From NCBI RefSeq assembly GCF_006345805.1, contig NC_043005.1:12524001-12588000 (forward strand): 64,000 bases of DNA, written 5' to 3'. Shown one piece after another: positions 12,981 to 25,174 of this stretch; the first letter of the stretch is position 1, and every line of letters begins with the position of its first letter. The position numbers and the translations under genes are program-made. Under the pieces are notes generated by a model. The model ran no database searches. It had not been told where the DNA came from and was given only the letters and a program-made list of their open reading frames with translations. Origin of the DNA: Octopus sinensis. Lineage: Eukaryota.

Positions 12981-13289
12981 GAAAGATGACACCCTTTCTG
13001 TGGACTAAGTAGGGTTGCTTTCTGTTCAAATCAGCTTTCAAACGACAACGTTAGTCGCAGTAGAGATTAGCAGTAATTATTTTATTGATGTCTTAACAGT
13101 TTGTAATCGGCAATTTGTTCAAAATCCCACCATACACTCAACATGACTATACTAGGATGAAGCCCTCCTCTTGGTTGCTGTACAGGTCTTCCTCCTCCAC
13201 TGGGCCACGATCTGCGGAGTTTAACGATATCGTAAAGTATCCACTCTCATTACCTGTAACAAGTTTTCCTAAAAATGGTTCCTAAATGT

Positions 13290-13838
13290 GTCGTGAAAGC
13301 AATAAATGACAATGAACAACATGATGCTGCAGATTCCAATCATTGAAACTTTTCCGATCCTTTTTACTTGTCGTAGAACAGTTGTATGGGCTACGTTAGA
13401 CTGTTGTGCAAGTTTTCTACTACTAGCGGCTGAGTTTTCTCTGGCAACAGTTTCCAACTCTTCGAAATCAAGTTGTTTTGAACGACCTTCGTTTGATTCG
13501 TCTTTCAAACTCAAATCCTCACTTCTGAACCGAGAAAACCATCTCCTGCAATTTCTTTTACTCACCCCATCATCCCTATAAACTCTCTGAGGAGATTTTG
13601 CCACTATGTTTGCATTGGTACATTTATGAAGCTCAGAGTAAGACATGTCTAATGTTATCTTTAGATGGGAAGAGCATGGGTGCGAATATAACAGAAGATT
13701 AGGCCCAATACGATCAGAATCTGAAAGAAAAATGTGTAAATTACTCATTCTAAAAACATAGCAAGAGGTACAATTTAAAAATACTCTATCCAAAACTATT
13801 TTCTAAAAATCTGCCATTACCTTTGCACCAACCTGATA
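13290..13838 (-). mobile_element. mariner 5' end: terminal inverted repeat plus transposase HTH region
   Basis: The reverse complement of 13806-13838 is tatcaggttggtgcaaaggtaatggcagatttt, an Hsmar1/MADE1-like TIR with terminal TA. Protein VSKRNCRRWFSRFRSEDLSLKDESNEGRS ... SSRKLAQQSNVAHTTVLRQVKRIGKV is a mariner DNA-binding region. Confidence 0.85.
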
Positions 13839-13868
13839 TACATATATATATAATATATATATAAATAA

Positions 13869-13901
<33 letters not shown>

Positions 13902-13911
13902 ATGTATATAT

Positions 13912-13946
<35 letters not shown>

Positions 13947-14229
13947 GCTTTTTTTTAAAATTATTATTAATCCAATTTACATCGAATGTACTTTTAGCAA
14001 TTACAATAAGTAAAGATTACAAAATTGAGTTTTTTCTTTCAGAAATTGCATTAAAAAATCGGATTAAGCCATTTGACAGCTTCGCTGATTTAGACAAGTT
14101 GGTAGGAGGTAAAATTATTAAAAATAAATAGGTCAATATTTATAAAAAAAAGAAACATTCTTTGCATGCAAGTAAAAGGAGCAAGGTTCTTCTCGATCCA
14201 TCGGGTCATAAAACCGGTTTTACGGATTC

Positions 14230-14550
14230 TGTAGTGTAAATAATCCCGTCTGAACCTGATGTCGATGCGTCGCAGAATTACTCATTTCAACTAGCTGAGT
14301 GCTGTGCACCGAAATGAAATGAAATGTTTTCCTCTACAGCAAATACATCCTCCTGCCCAGGAATTGAAACCAGAATCTTATGGTCTTCAAGTGCTACACT
14401 CATGATCGTAAGATTGTGGTTTCAATACCTGGACCGGACGATAAGTTGTCTTCTTCAGTAAAACATTTCATTTCGCATTATGCCACTCGACTCAGCTGGC
14501 AAAAGTGTATAAGCCTGCGACGGAATGAGATCCCGTTCAGAGGTGAATAT
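14230..14550. mobile_element. Two old SINE copies arranged head-to-head (imperfect inverted repeat)
   Basis: ccaggaattgaaaccagaatctt versus aagattgtggtttcaatacctgg, gaaatgtttt versus aaaacatttc, and ctagctgagt versus actcagctgg; each copy has a B-box-like motif. Confidence 0.6.
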
Positions 14551-14658
14551 ATATGCAACAGAACTCGAGAAATCGGTTTATGAGCATATTGTTCGGGAAG
14601 GACCTTTGATCCTCTGTCTGTGTGTGCTTGTGTGTGTGTGTGTGGTGTGTGTGTGTAG

Positions 14659-14724
<66 letters not shown>

Positions 14725-14990
14725 TTGGAAAAAATGTCAAGGTAGAAAATGCTAAAATAATTTTATAAAAAACATTTCAGTACCGGTTTCGATCATTGAG
14801 ACTTTTTCAACTATAAGTTTGCAAACCAATTAAAGTTTGGAAAAATGAAATAAAAAGTATTTTAAAAGAATATTTGCATACTATTCAAATACAAGGAGCA
14901 TTTTCTTTGTTTCTGCCTGTCCCTGTCTCTCTTGTTTACTCTTGCGGGTTCGAGGTCATATATATATATATAATATATATATATATATAT

Positions 14991-15105
14991 TCAAATAAGC
15001 AACAGGTATATTTAAGGTAGTGTAGTACAATCGTTTCATGCTACTTCATCCAAGGATGAAACGATTGTACTACACTACCTTGGATATCCCTTGTTGCTTA
15101 TTTTG
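14991..15105. repeat. Hairpin made from an inverted duplication of a hammerhead-like 3' half (Penelope-like end)
   Basis: aggtagtgtagtacaatcgtttcat (15015-15039) and atgaaacgattgtactacactacct (15056-15080) are perfect reverse complements. The arms extend imperfectly to about 14991 and 15105. Confidence 0.8.
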
Positions 15106-15224
15106 ATTATAATCACCCCATTTAATTTATATGGATAATACCATACAAAACTCTGCTGCCTTTAACTTAAGAACCATATTCATCTGAATCAAAATTTTGC
15201 TGAACTTATATATGTATATATATA

Positions 15225-15264
<40 letters not shown>

Positions 15265-15647
15265 GTGTATGTATGCATAAAGAGAGACAGAGAGGGGTAA
15301 GGGGAAATAGATAAGTATAATTATTAAAGCCGGTCTAGGGTCTTGTCACTCTGGAATCTTCACGTTGCTCATCTGCTTCTTCAGACGTCTTGCGAAACCC
15401 ATAGTTGTCTGAGGTCGCTGATGCATTATGACAAGTCCAGAGGAGAAGGCCACCGATTTGCTAGAATAAATTACTGTAATATGTTTATAGATTACTTCTC
15501 TGGGACATTATTTATTATCGAATATATGCTGGAAAGCCCAGAGACAAACTCTGTCCATTTGTGAGAGAAGGTTAGTCTTTTTAATCAGTCTTCTGTGTAT
15601 GATACACACACACACATACATGTATGTATTCATATTTACATACCTGC

Positions 15648-15687
<40 letters not shown>

Positions 15688-15759
15688 CACGTATATATAC
15701 ACAAACATGCACACACATATACACACACACGTATATATATATATATATAACGGGAAGCT

Positions 15760-17265
15760 TTATGAAAATAAACAAAAGACGAAGGCAGGTGGAAAACAAA
15801 CGAACAATTGTATTAGTATGGCGCTCAGGAAATAAATAAAACAAGTCTTTAACGTTTCGAGCTACGCTCTTCAACAGAAAGATACACAGAGAGAGAAAAA
15901 CACAGAGAAAGAAGAGGAGAGAAAAAAAATGCGTGCAGTAGCTAACGAATCAACATGGCGATCTGATTTCGGCCAGAGGTCAAAGATCAAACATGAGACG
16001 CGAGAGCGAAATAAGGGGAGATAATAGGGTTGATAAAGGGTTGAGGGACCAGCTAAAAGTGCGTGGGAGGGGTCTGGATGTGTGTATGTATAGGGTTGGT
16101 GTATGTATTAGTATGTATAAGGGTGTGTGTGTGTGTGTGTGTGTATGAGGAGTATTAGTGCGTAAGATTGGTCTGGACGTGCGTATGTATGGGGTTGGTG
16201 TATGTATTAGTATGTATTATAGTATGTATTAGTACGTATTGGTATGTATAGGTGTGTGTTGTGTGTGTGAGAGAGAGTATAAGTGCGTATGCGGGGTCTG
16301 GACGTGTGTATGTATAGGGTGGTGTAAGTATTAGTATGTACTAGTATGTATTAGTACGTATTAGTATGTATTAGTTGGTGTGTGTATTAGTATGGCACAT
16401 CATATGTGATGTGATGTGTAAAGTCATTGGGGTAGTGAGGAGAAGATGGGGAGTGGGGAGAAGAGGGGGGGAGAGAAGGGGAGGGGAAGAAGAGGGGGAG
16501 GAGAAGGGGGAAGAGGAGACGATGGGGGAGAAGGAAGGGGAGGAGGGGGATGAAGGAGGAAAGAGGGGAGAGGGGGGAGAGAGAGAAGGGGGGAGAGAGA
16601 GAAGGGGAGAGAGAGGGAGGAGGGAGCGAGGGAAGGGAAGAGGGAGGGAGAAAGAGGGAAGAAGGGAAGGGGAGTAGGGGTGAAAGGATGAAGGACTGAA
16701 GAAGTAGGGGTCGGGGGGGAGAAAGGATAGGTAAGGAAGGGGGGAGAGGGGGTTAGAGGGGAGGGGGGAGAGAGTTGAGACCAAATGGCGTATAAGAGCG
16801 AAGAGAGAAGATTAATTCCTGTTCACGGCGCAAACGGGAATCAGGATGGCCTCTGTGTAAGGACAAACCGAACACAGATAGGTGTTGCAAGGAGTGACCG
16901 GTGGAGCGGAAATGGCGTGAGACGGGTGTTCGTTCGCAAGGTGGATGTCACGAAGGTGTTCCGCGAACCGGTCAGCCAAGCGGCGTCCCGTTTGTCCGAT
17001 GTACAAGGAATTGCAGAGAGAGCAAGAGATGCAATAGATAATATATTGCTGGAGGTGCAGGTGAAGGAGTGGATGATGGGATAGGGTCGATGGTGGGTGC
17101 TAGTGAGGCGGGGGGTGGTTGGAGAGGTAAGGCAAGTGCGGCAACGTGGGCGGGAGCAGGGGAACGAGCCGGGTTGGGAGGTAGGGTCAGGGAAGGAGCT
17201 ATGGACCAAAAGGTCTCGAAGGTTGTGGGCTCGTTTGAAAGAGGGGAGGGGTCGGTTAGGGAAAG
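15760..17265 (-). mobile_element. Penelope-like element 3' fragment: GIY-YIG domain, polypyrimidine/minisatellite 3' UTR and terminal repeat
   Basis: PGSFPCSRPRCRTC ... FTCTSSNIL ... YIGQTGRRLADRFAEHLRDI. Downstream are a purine-rich tract (plus strand 16440-16775), three units of about 110 bp (16070-16390) and a hammerhead-like motif. Confidence 0.88.
15847..15881 (-). ncRNA. Minimal type I hammerhead-like motif, A6U core variant
   Basis: Minus strand cttt-CTGTTGA-a-gagc[gta]gctc-GAAAC-GT-T-aaag. Confidence 0.6.
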
Positions 17266-17322
17266 GGTGTGTGAGTGGATGGGTCGGACTGGAGATGAGG
17301 AAAGCTATATAACTATATATAT

Positions 17323-17353
<31 letters not shown>

Positions 17354-18399
17354 TATATCATATGAGTATGTGTTTATGTGTACGACATCCTCTCAACAAT
17401 ACAATTAACAAGCTGCATATTGAGGGAAGTAGATAATGTAAAATACATAACGAAGAGGTGTCGGAGGATGGAGAATGTGTGTTTTAATGACAACCAACTC
17501 CTAAACATTTCCATTATCTGCGCTAATTGGTCATGTGGTGTCAATAAGCACGCAGAAAGATGTCTAATATATGGAGCTTCACGCGGTGAAATATATGTTG
17601 ACGACATTTTACATAAACGAGACTGTAAGAGATCCAACTCATTATATTTAATTACTACTATTTTATGTTTATATATTTATTTTCTGCTGACTTGGGTTTT
17701 TCGCTGTTTCTCTATTTGTTACTGTTGTTTATCTGTATTCATATGTGGTTACACCAAATACATTCTTTGAATAAAGCGGGACATAACCAATTTAAAATGT
17801 GTTTGCTGGTATGCGCGCGGTTTTCTTTTGCAGACTTTATCTTCCTTTTAGTATGAAGATCTTTATTTTAGTTTTTGTTGTACTATCACAAATATCTTGC
17901 ATTTCAGATTTTTATGATCTCGATCTCTCTCCCTCTCTCTCTCTCTCTCCCTCTCTCTCTCTCTCTCCGTCTCTCTCTCCCTCTCTCTCTCTCTCCCTCT
18001 CTCTCTCCCTCTCTCTCTCTCTCCCCTCTCTCTCTCGATCTCTCTCCAACTTCACTTGAATTTACAATGCAATCTACATAAAACTGACTATTACTAAGTA
18101 TTACTGCCTCTGGTAGTGGGTCTTTGGTTCGGGAGTTCCGATGTTTCAAGGAATCTGTAACCACCTTTTAGTCATTATTGTTCCCATGTTTATTCTGACC
18201 CGGAATACTCACATCTGTCAGATCCCAGCTGTGGGTTAATCGGCCTATAAATAGAGCTTAGCAATGAATTAAGAAATGATGAACCACAGAACAAATCACG
18301 GACAGTCCATCAGAGTCAGGTTAACTACGTGTCCGTCCCGATCGGTTAACTACGCGTTGGTGATTTTCTTTCCACTTCACTTCTTCGCATTTCGAGCCC

Positions 18400-19600
18400 A
18401 TTAGATGGCTTTAAGTCCCGTCGTGGCTGAGCGTACCGACCTTGGCTTTGATAACGCAGCCTTCGTATTTCGCCTCGTCAACAGACATTCTCGCCGCTTA
18501 GTCGTGATACGTTTGCCAATCGCCTTTTCAAGTTTACTAATTCTCTCACTAATTTTTTACTTTCTATTGCTAACTATTTACTAAACACTATCGAGTCTAT
18601 TCTAATCACCAACTTCAGGATGCTCCACCACCGGATATTGACGATTGTTCTCCTCAACTGCTTACCAAATTTGTTAATCCAGTCCAGGTAGTTTTTGGAT
18701 GCTGGAAATTACGCGTTCGACTTCCAGAAACTGGGTATCTACCTACGGGTCCTGTCTAAATCGACTGTGCAGATCCCAAATTTATGATCTGTTATTTCTT
18801 TTTTGCCCACAAGGGGCTAAACATAGAGGGGACAAACAAGGACAGACAAACGGATTAAGTCGATTATATCGACCCCAGTGCGTTACTTGTACTTAATTTA
18901 TCGACCCCGAAAGGATAAAAGGCAAAGTCGACCTCGGCGGAATTTGAACTCAGAACGTAACGGCAGACGATATACGGCTACGCATTTCGCCCGGCGTGCT
19001 AACGTTTCTGCCAGCTCGCCGCCTTTATAATCTCTGTAGCTAACTAATTTGGCTATCTCTATTTGCTGACCTAAAAATTACTCTTTATAAATACGAGCTT
19101 CATATCCACTCTAGCACATTATGGAAATCTAGTCGATACCTGTCAGACAGCTGGTATTCTCTGAGGCGGTTTTCGAGTCTTTTGCACCTACTTCTACTAT
19201 GTACTATACCCACACGGTCCTTCCAGTGCTCTTCTAAGAAATTGCGAGACGTTCCCAAGAATGACTCTTGATACCTGAACATGTCTGTCCTTCCAGCCCT
19301 AATCCGAAGGCACCACCTTCGCTGCCTAAAACCTATAACCTACCGTCTGAGAGGTGCAAGTAATGATAGCCGTTCTTCCGGATTCTTGCTCGCTGCTGCA
19401 TGTAGCAGCTACCCTCCTATATCGTTTGCTTTTATGAGCACTGAGTGTTGCACATCATTTAGACAATTTTCTGTCTCTGACACCGTAAGAAATTAAGTTT
19501 CCTGTCTTTAAGAGAAACAGGTTTACACACAATGACATGTCGAACAAAGGGTTTCTTTTCTTCCTCACACCTAGTTTCACAATGACATTTTTATACTAGA
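18400..19600 (-). pseudogene. Old, degenerate Tx1-like ORF2 (endonuclease and linker region), interrupted by a SINE
   Basis: Nucleotide similarity to 2340-2910 (gagacgttcccaagaa, tgtagctaact, gctatctctat). Peptide FLGTSRNF ... YQLSDRYRLD, with VSET near 19480. Confidence 0.75.
18791..19023 (-). mobile_element. SINE family A, full length
   Basis: Matches the family consensus; imperfect TSD tttatgatct (18781-18790) / tttataatct (19024-19033). Confidence 0.92.
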
Positions 19601-19693
19601 GGGCTTTACCTTTCAAATCTTGCACCGAATGCATAGTTCACAGTCTAACTGACGCTCGCTTCTTCTTCTTCTTCTTCTTCTTCTTCTTTTCTT

Positions 19694-19793
19694 NNNNNNN
19701 NNNNNNNNNNNNNNNNNNNNNNNNNNNNNNNNNNNNNNNNNNNNNNNNNNNNNNNNNNNNNNNNNNNNNNNNNNNNNNNNNNNNNNNNNNNNN
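19694..19793. other. Assembly gap (100 N) adjacent to a (CTT)n run
   Basis: Run of N in the sequence. Confidence 0.99.
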
Positions 19794-20472
19794 GTATATG
19801 TGTCTAAAAGTACGTAAATATTTATGCATACATATATGTGTGTGTGAGTGTGTGTGTGTGCGTTTGCATGTGTGTGTGTCTGTGTTTAGGTAAACATGGC
19901 TGTGTATGTATATATATATATAAATAGATAGATAGATAGATGCATCTGTATATACATATATTCATATGTTATGTATGTATAGTATATATATATATATATA
20001 TATATATTCATATATTTATACAGATGGGTCTATATATACATACATTTATATGTTTGTAAGTTGTATATATGTATATATAATATATATATATATATATATC
20101 TATATATATAATTGTATATAATCTATATATATATATATTATATATATACTTATATATAATATATGTATATATATAATATATATATATTATATATATATAT
20201 ATATACTATATATATATATATATATATACATATACACATACTCTAGAGATTGGAAAAAGAAAGAGAAAGCAGCTAGAGTAATGTAACTGTTTCATGAGAA
20301 CTAATTAGAATAGAACCGTTCTGGAGATTTCCTATGCGGCAGATGGTATGTACGAGATGCTGAAATATATTAATGTCAGAATAGTATTGTTCTGTTGTTG
20401 AGTTAGCGTAGAAAGGAAATTGATGGATTAATTGTTTAATTATGATGACAATATTCAAATATTCCATTACAT

Positions 20473-20508
<36 letters not shown>

Positions 20509-20747
20509 GCATGCACTAAGACACAAACACACAAACACAACCACACTACACGCCCGTACGCATGCGCACACGGGGTTGCTTCTCCAACAGTCAACTCCAT
20601 CAACTTGTCTCCCTTCGTTTCCTGCAGGTTGTCTGTATGTGTGTGTGTGTGTGTGTGTATGTATCATATGTTTGTGTTTGTGTGGGCCCACAAACATATG
20701 CATGTACACTCTTGCACGCATACACACCTATTTACATAGACGTGACC

Positions 20748-20793
<46 letters not shown>

Positions 20794-21012
20794 TACGCGG
20801 GTTAGCGCGCCGGTGTAAATTTCTACTCACACGCACAAACACACACACATATCTATATCATATACACACACACACACATTTTTAAATGTCTTGCTTCGAG
20901 AGCTGCATTCGGTACGATTCGTTTATTTTTGGTAGTAATGACTTTGAAATCCCTCCTAGCGTGTGGCATTTCTGTGTAATAATGCCCTCTATATAATATA
21001 AACATATATATG

Positions 21013-21044
<32 letters not shown>

Positions 21045-21189
21045 TGTATGTATGTGTATATATAATTCCTTTATTCTATTTGTTTGTCAATGAGTGCAGC
21101 CATGCTGGAGCACCGCCCTTAGTCGAAGAAATCAATCCCATGGCTTATTCCCTCTGTTTTTCCTGCCAAACCGCAACATGTAGGATACT

Positions 21190-21745
21190 GTTTTCTTCCC
21201 TTTTTAGGAATTAAGTCAATGCATTTAGTTTTGCTACTGTTGTTTAGAAAGTTCTGTGAGTCTGTCTTCTCTGATCTCAAGACTCTACCTCCTTTTTTGT
21301 TCATAAGTAGAGACTGTCGATATCCCTATTTCTGTGGGGATTTCCTGTTGATGTCAGAATCTTACGGGTTTTAATGTCTATGGAGTGGATTTCTTCTACA
21401 GACCAGTCAAGTGTCCCAAATGCTGGAATCAGCACTTCTACTGCAAATGCATTGTGGGATATGGTCTTCCTGTAGAAGGAGTGTTCAGACTGCCATATTT
21501 TTCTTAGTCTGCTATAATATTCTTGGGTTGTCTGTCTTTATTCACAGTACTTTGGTATGATATATATTTTCTTTAATGCCTAGGTACTTGCAGCATTTTT
21601 GTGTGGGACACGAGAGATGGCGAGACTATTGATGCAGAAGTTTTGGGTCTTGAGGACTGATTTTCCATATTCAACATTCAAATATGAACATTCCTTCTGA
21701 CCAAAAATCATTCCTATGTCAACTGAAAATGTTATAAATTTCAGT
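21190..21745 (-). pseudogene. R4/Dong-like non-LTR retrotransposon RT C-terminal fragment, degenerate
   Basis: Minus-strand FSVDIGMIFGQKECSYL ... YLGIKE ... HNAFAVEVLIPAFGTLDWSVEEIHSIDIKTRKILTSTGNPHRNRDIDSLYL*TKKGGRVL, matching the R4/Dong pattern DIGM.FG..KC / YLG / LY..R..GGRGL. (TATG)n runs lie on both sides. Confidence 0.8.
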
Positions 21746-21918
21746 TGTTTTTTTTTATTTTTACATTGTTAGCGTGTATGTATGTATATAAGTATGAATG
21801 TATGTATGTATGTATGTATGTATGTATGTATGTATGTATGTGGTATGTATGTATGTATGTATGTATGGCAATTTTTTTATCTCTGTTTTCCCTTCTCGGG
21901 ATATTTTCCTTCTCCTAT

Positions 21919-21953
21919 GTTTCCGACGAAGAGCTCCGCTCGAAACGTTAAAC
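21919..21953 (+). ncRNA. Minimal type I hammerhead-like motif, U4C core variant
   Basis: gttt-CCGACGA-a-gagc[tcc]gctc-GAAAC-GT-T-aaac, within a short repeat (about 21870-22055) whose 3' part recurs at about 34538-34597 and 54090-54195. Confidence 0.62.
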
Positions 21954-22510
21954 CCTCCTTCTTTCCTTCTTTCCTGAGCGTCCAATAATACTATATTTGT
22001 TCCACGTCCTCATGTTGTTGTGTTTTTTTTTGTGCTTTCTTGTTTGGATTAACTATGTATGTATGTATGTATGTATGTATGTATGTATGTATGTATGTAT
22101 GTATGTATGTATGTGCGTGTGTATGTGTTTGAAATGACTCATACAAAGTATAATCCTTTATTTTACAGGCATAACATTTTGTAACGGAGTGCTCTCGTCG
22201 ATCACGTCGACCCCCAGTTCTCAACAGGCCCTTATGAATAGCAAAGGCGACTGCGATAGAATTTAACTCAGAACGTAAAGCGAATCCGGCGTTCAAACCG
22301 TGCTAGCCATTCCCCGCTTTTCTGATGCATATTATAATAAATTCAATATAGTGAAGGACAGTTTAGTTCAAGTGCTTCATGAAAATTCTTGTGATAGACA
22401 ATTATTTCCCTTTGCGTTCTCTTCAGAGATCAAATTCCATTGTCATCAATGTTATCAAAAAATTCAAATAAGGCAATAAATCAAACAAGATTGTCTTCGT
22501 TACAGAAACC

Positions 22511-22740
22511 TATTTCTTTACTGCCCACAAGGGGCTAAACATAGAGAGGACAAACAAGGACAGACAAAGGGATTAAGTCAATTATATCGACCCCAGTGCG
22601 TTACTGGTACTTATTTAACCGACCCCGAAAGGATGAAAGGCAAAGTCGACCTCGGCGGAATTTGAACTCAGAACGTAGCGGCAGACGAAATACAGCTAAG
22701 CATTTCGCCCGGCGTGCTAACGTTTCTGCCAGCTCGCCGC
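22511..22740 (-). mobile_element. SINE family A, full length, perfect 16-bp TSD
   Basis: cttcgttacagaaacc at 22495-22510 and 22741-22756. Confidence 0.95.
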
Positions 22741-23040
22741 CTTCGTTACAGAAACCGTTGAAACGCATCTCTAGGAACAGAATTTATGGCTAAGAAGGAC
22801 ACATTTGATTATTTTTATGTGAGTTATGTTTCCAAAGTTGTTCAAAAGATAAGAAATGGGCCCTTATATGTTACACAACTAGTCTTTCAACTGCCAATCT
22901 ATGTCCAGTAGTTTTAACGAAACAATAGTGTCATGGATACTCAACATCTGTAGTTGCAATGAAGATTACGAAATTATTACTTGAAATGAGATGTGATATC
23001 ATTCCAATTCTTATATTACAGGTTCAGTAGAACAAACATT

Positions 23041-23178
23041 GAAATATTTCCTCACAACTTTATTTGTCATTTTGTGTTATGATAAAAGTAGATTGTACTC
23101 GAAAGAAATTGTACCGAATACAGGGTGCATAAATATCCATTCAGACAAAGGTTCTAAATAATCCAAATATATAAGAAA
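23041..23178. repeat. Dispersed duplication of about 140 bp (second copy 31041-31179)
   Basis: The copies differ by about 6 substitutions and one indel. Confidence 0.9.
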
Positions 23179-23304
23179 TTTATCGGTAAAATTTATCGGT
23201 AAAATTAGAGCTCAATATACATGTATATTATGTTATTTTTATTAGGTACTCATTATAAAGTGACTCAAATATCGCAAGTTTCGTACATACCATTCACTAA
23301 TACC

Positions 23305-23536
23305 TATTTCTTTACTACCCACAAGGGGATAAACACAGAGAGGACAAACAAAGACAGACAAAGGGACTAAGTCGATTACATCGACTCCAGTGCGTAACTG
23401 GTACTTAATTTATTGACCCAGAAAGGATGAAAGGCAAAGTCGACCTCGGCGGAATTTGAACTCAGAATGTAACGGCAGACGAAATACGGCTACGCATTTC
23501 GCCCGGCGTGCTAACGGTTCTGCCAGCACGCCGCCT
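23305..23536 (-). mobile_element. SINE family A, full length, perfect 17-bp TSD
   Basis: taccattcactaatacc at 23288-23304 and 23537-23553. Confidence 0.95.
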
Positions 23537-24765
23537 TACCATTCACTAATACCGAGTATCTCCTACACGTGGTTTACTTGCTGTAACGATACACAAAGTT
23601 GTTTCACTTTAGCGGAAACTTGATTAGGCAATTCATACCTTGTTCATCTTACCTTATTTCCATTTCCAGTCAACTTTATTAAGAACAATTTTTAGGATAG
23701 TTTAGTGTGTTTTAAATATAATTCAGCTGCTATTTTAATAGGTTACTTGACTATATAAAGGATTCGACGTCATTTCTGAAGCAGTTGTTTTTTCTACAAC
23801 GGTCTGTTGCTGTAAACTTTATTAAGATATACCTTCGTCTAATTCCTCTATTTCGATATCCTGACATTGCTATTTCAGGCGGAGTGTAATAAAGTCAACA
23901 TGTAGACGAGACCATGCTGTTCTGCAACGCCCCCTCTCTCTCTCTCTCTCTTACACTTCTTCAGTTCTTCAGGACAAAAGGCATTCAAGAAGTTCTTGCT
24001 ACGCCAACTGTAACGGTTGGATATGTTTTTGTTGCTGCACCATTAATCACATGCCTTTTGCTTATTCACTCTCATCTGGATACGGCTCTGAAATGCCCCT
24101 ATGGTCCCGAGACGTCATAAGGACTTACAAGTCGGTACTGAACACCCACCATATGGCGCTCTTTGTTACCTTTGCATATATGTTCTGTCTGTTCTACGCT
24201 ACAGGGGGTGAGGGAAACTTAGCAGGAACTAAACATGCACCCCTAATTGTGACATCTGTATTACATTGATCTATGTACTGTGATACACACCAAGGTGTGT
24301 ATTTGATACACATTTTGTTGAATACACCCCCATTTTTGTGAAGCAATTGTACCTAAATTTTCCTTTACCTGCTGTTGTAAGGAGAAAGACTTGAAATAGG
24401 GAGAGAATATATTTTGTCACACAAAATTCTCGCTACGTAAAGGCTTCGCAACTTTTGGATAGCAAAACCGCGTGAGACCTCGCCTGGATATATGGTACTT
24501 ACTTCCTGTTTTAAAGTTATCTAAATTAAAATCTTCCATCAGAATTTCATGTTAATTAATATTCCAAACGCCAGCTTAATAATGACATAAGGATTTTACT
24601 AAGTTTTTTAGTCTTTTTAAAACTAGTTGAAACAAAGGCAGTGTATTTCAAGCAAAAATGTACCAACAATTAACGGTATAATCACTCTAACTTCCACGGC
24701 ACTGGCAATTGTGCAAGTGTTGTTACTATTGTCGCTGTTGATGTTGTTTACATATTTGCTTTTCT

Positions 24766-25174
24766 CTCTTTACTCGTTTACTTGTTTCAGTCATTTGACT
24801 GTGGCCATGCTGGAGCACCGCCTTTAGTCGAGCAAATCGACCCCGGGACTTATTCTTTGTAAGCCCAGTACTTATTCTATCGGTCTTTTTTGCCGAACCG
24901 CTAAGTGACGGGGACGTAAACACACCAGCATCGGTTGTCAAGCAATTCTTAGGGGAACAAACACAGACACACAAACATATACACACACATACATATATAT
25001 ATACATATATACGACAGGCTTCTTTCAGTTTCCGTCTCCCAAATCCACTCACACGGCATTGGTCGGCCTGGGGCTATAGCAGAAGACACTTGCCCAAAAT
25101 GCCACGCAGTGGGAGTGAACCCGGAACCATGTGGTTGGTAAGCAAGCTACTTACCACACAGCCACTCCTGCGCC
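24766..25174 (-). mobile_element. tRNA-derived CORE-type SINE family B
   Basis: Head ggcgcaggagtggctgtgtggtaag, B box ggttcactcccac, CORE-like gcattttgggcaagtgtctt, internal microsatellite and a (GAGTAAA)n tail. Confidence 0.9.

Noticed and set aside
17374-17770. ORFs of 87-130 aa in non-repetitive-looking DNA
   Set aside because: No recognisable domain or splice structure; possibly a decayed TE, but I cannot support a call.
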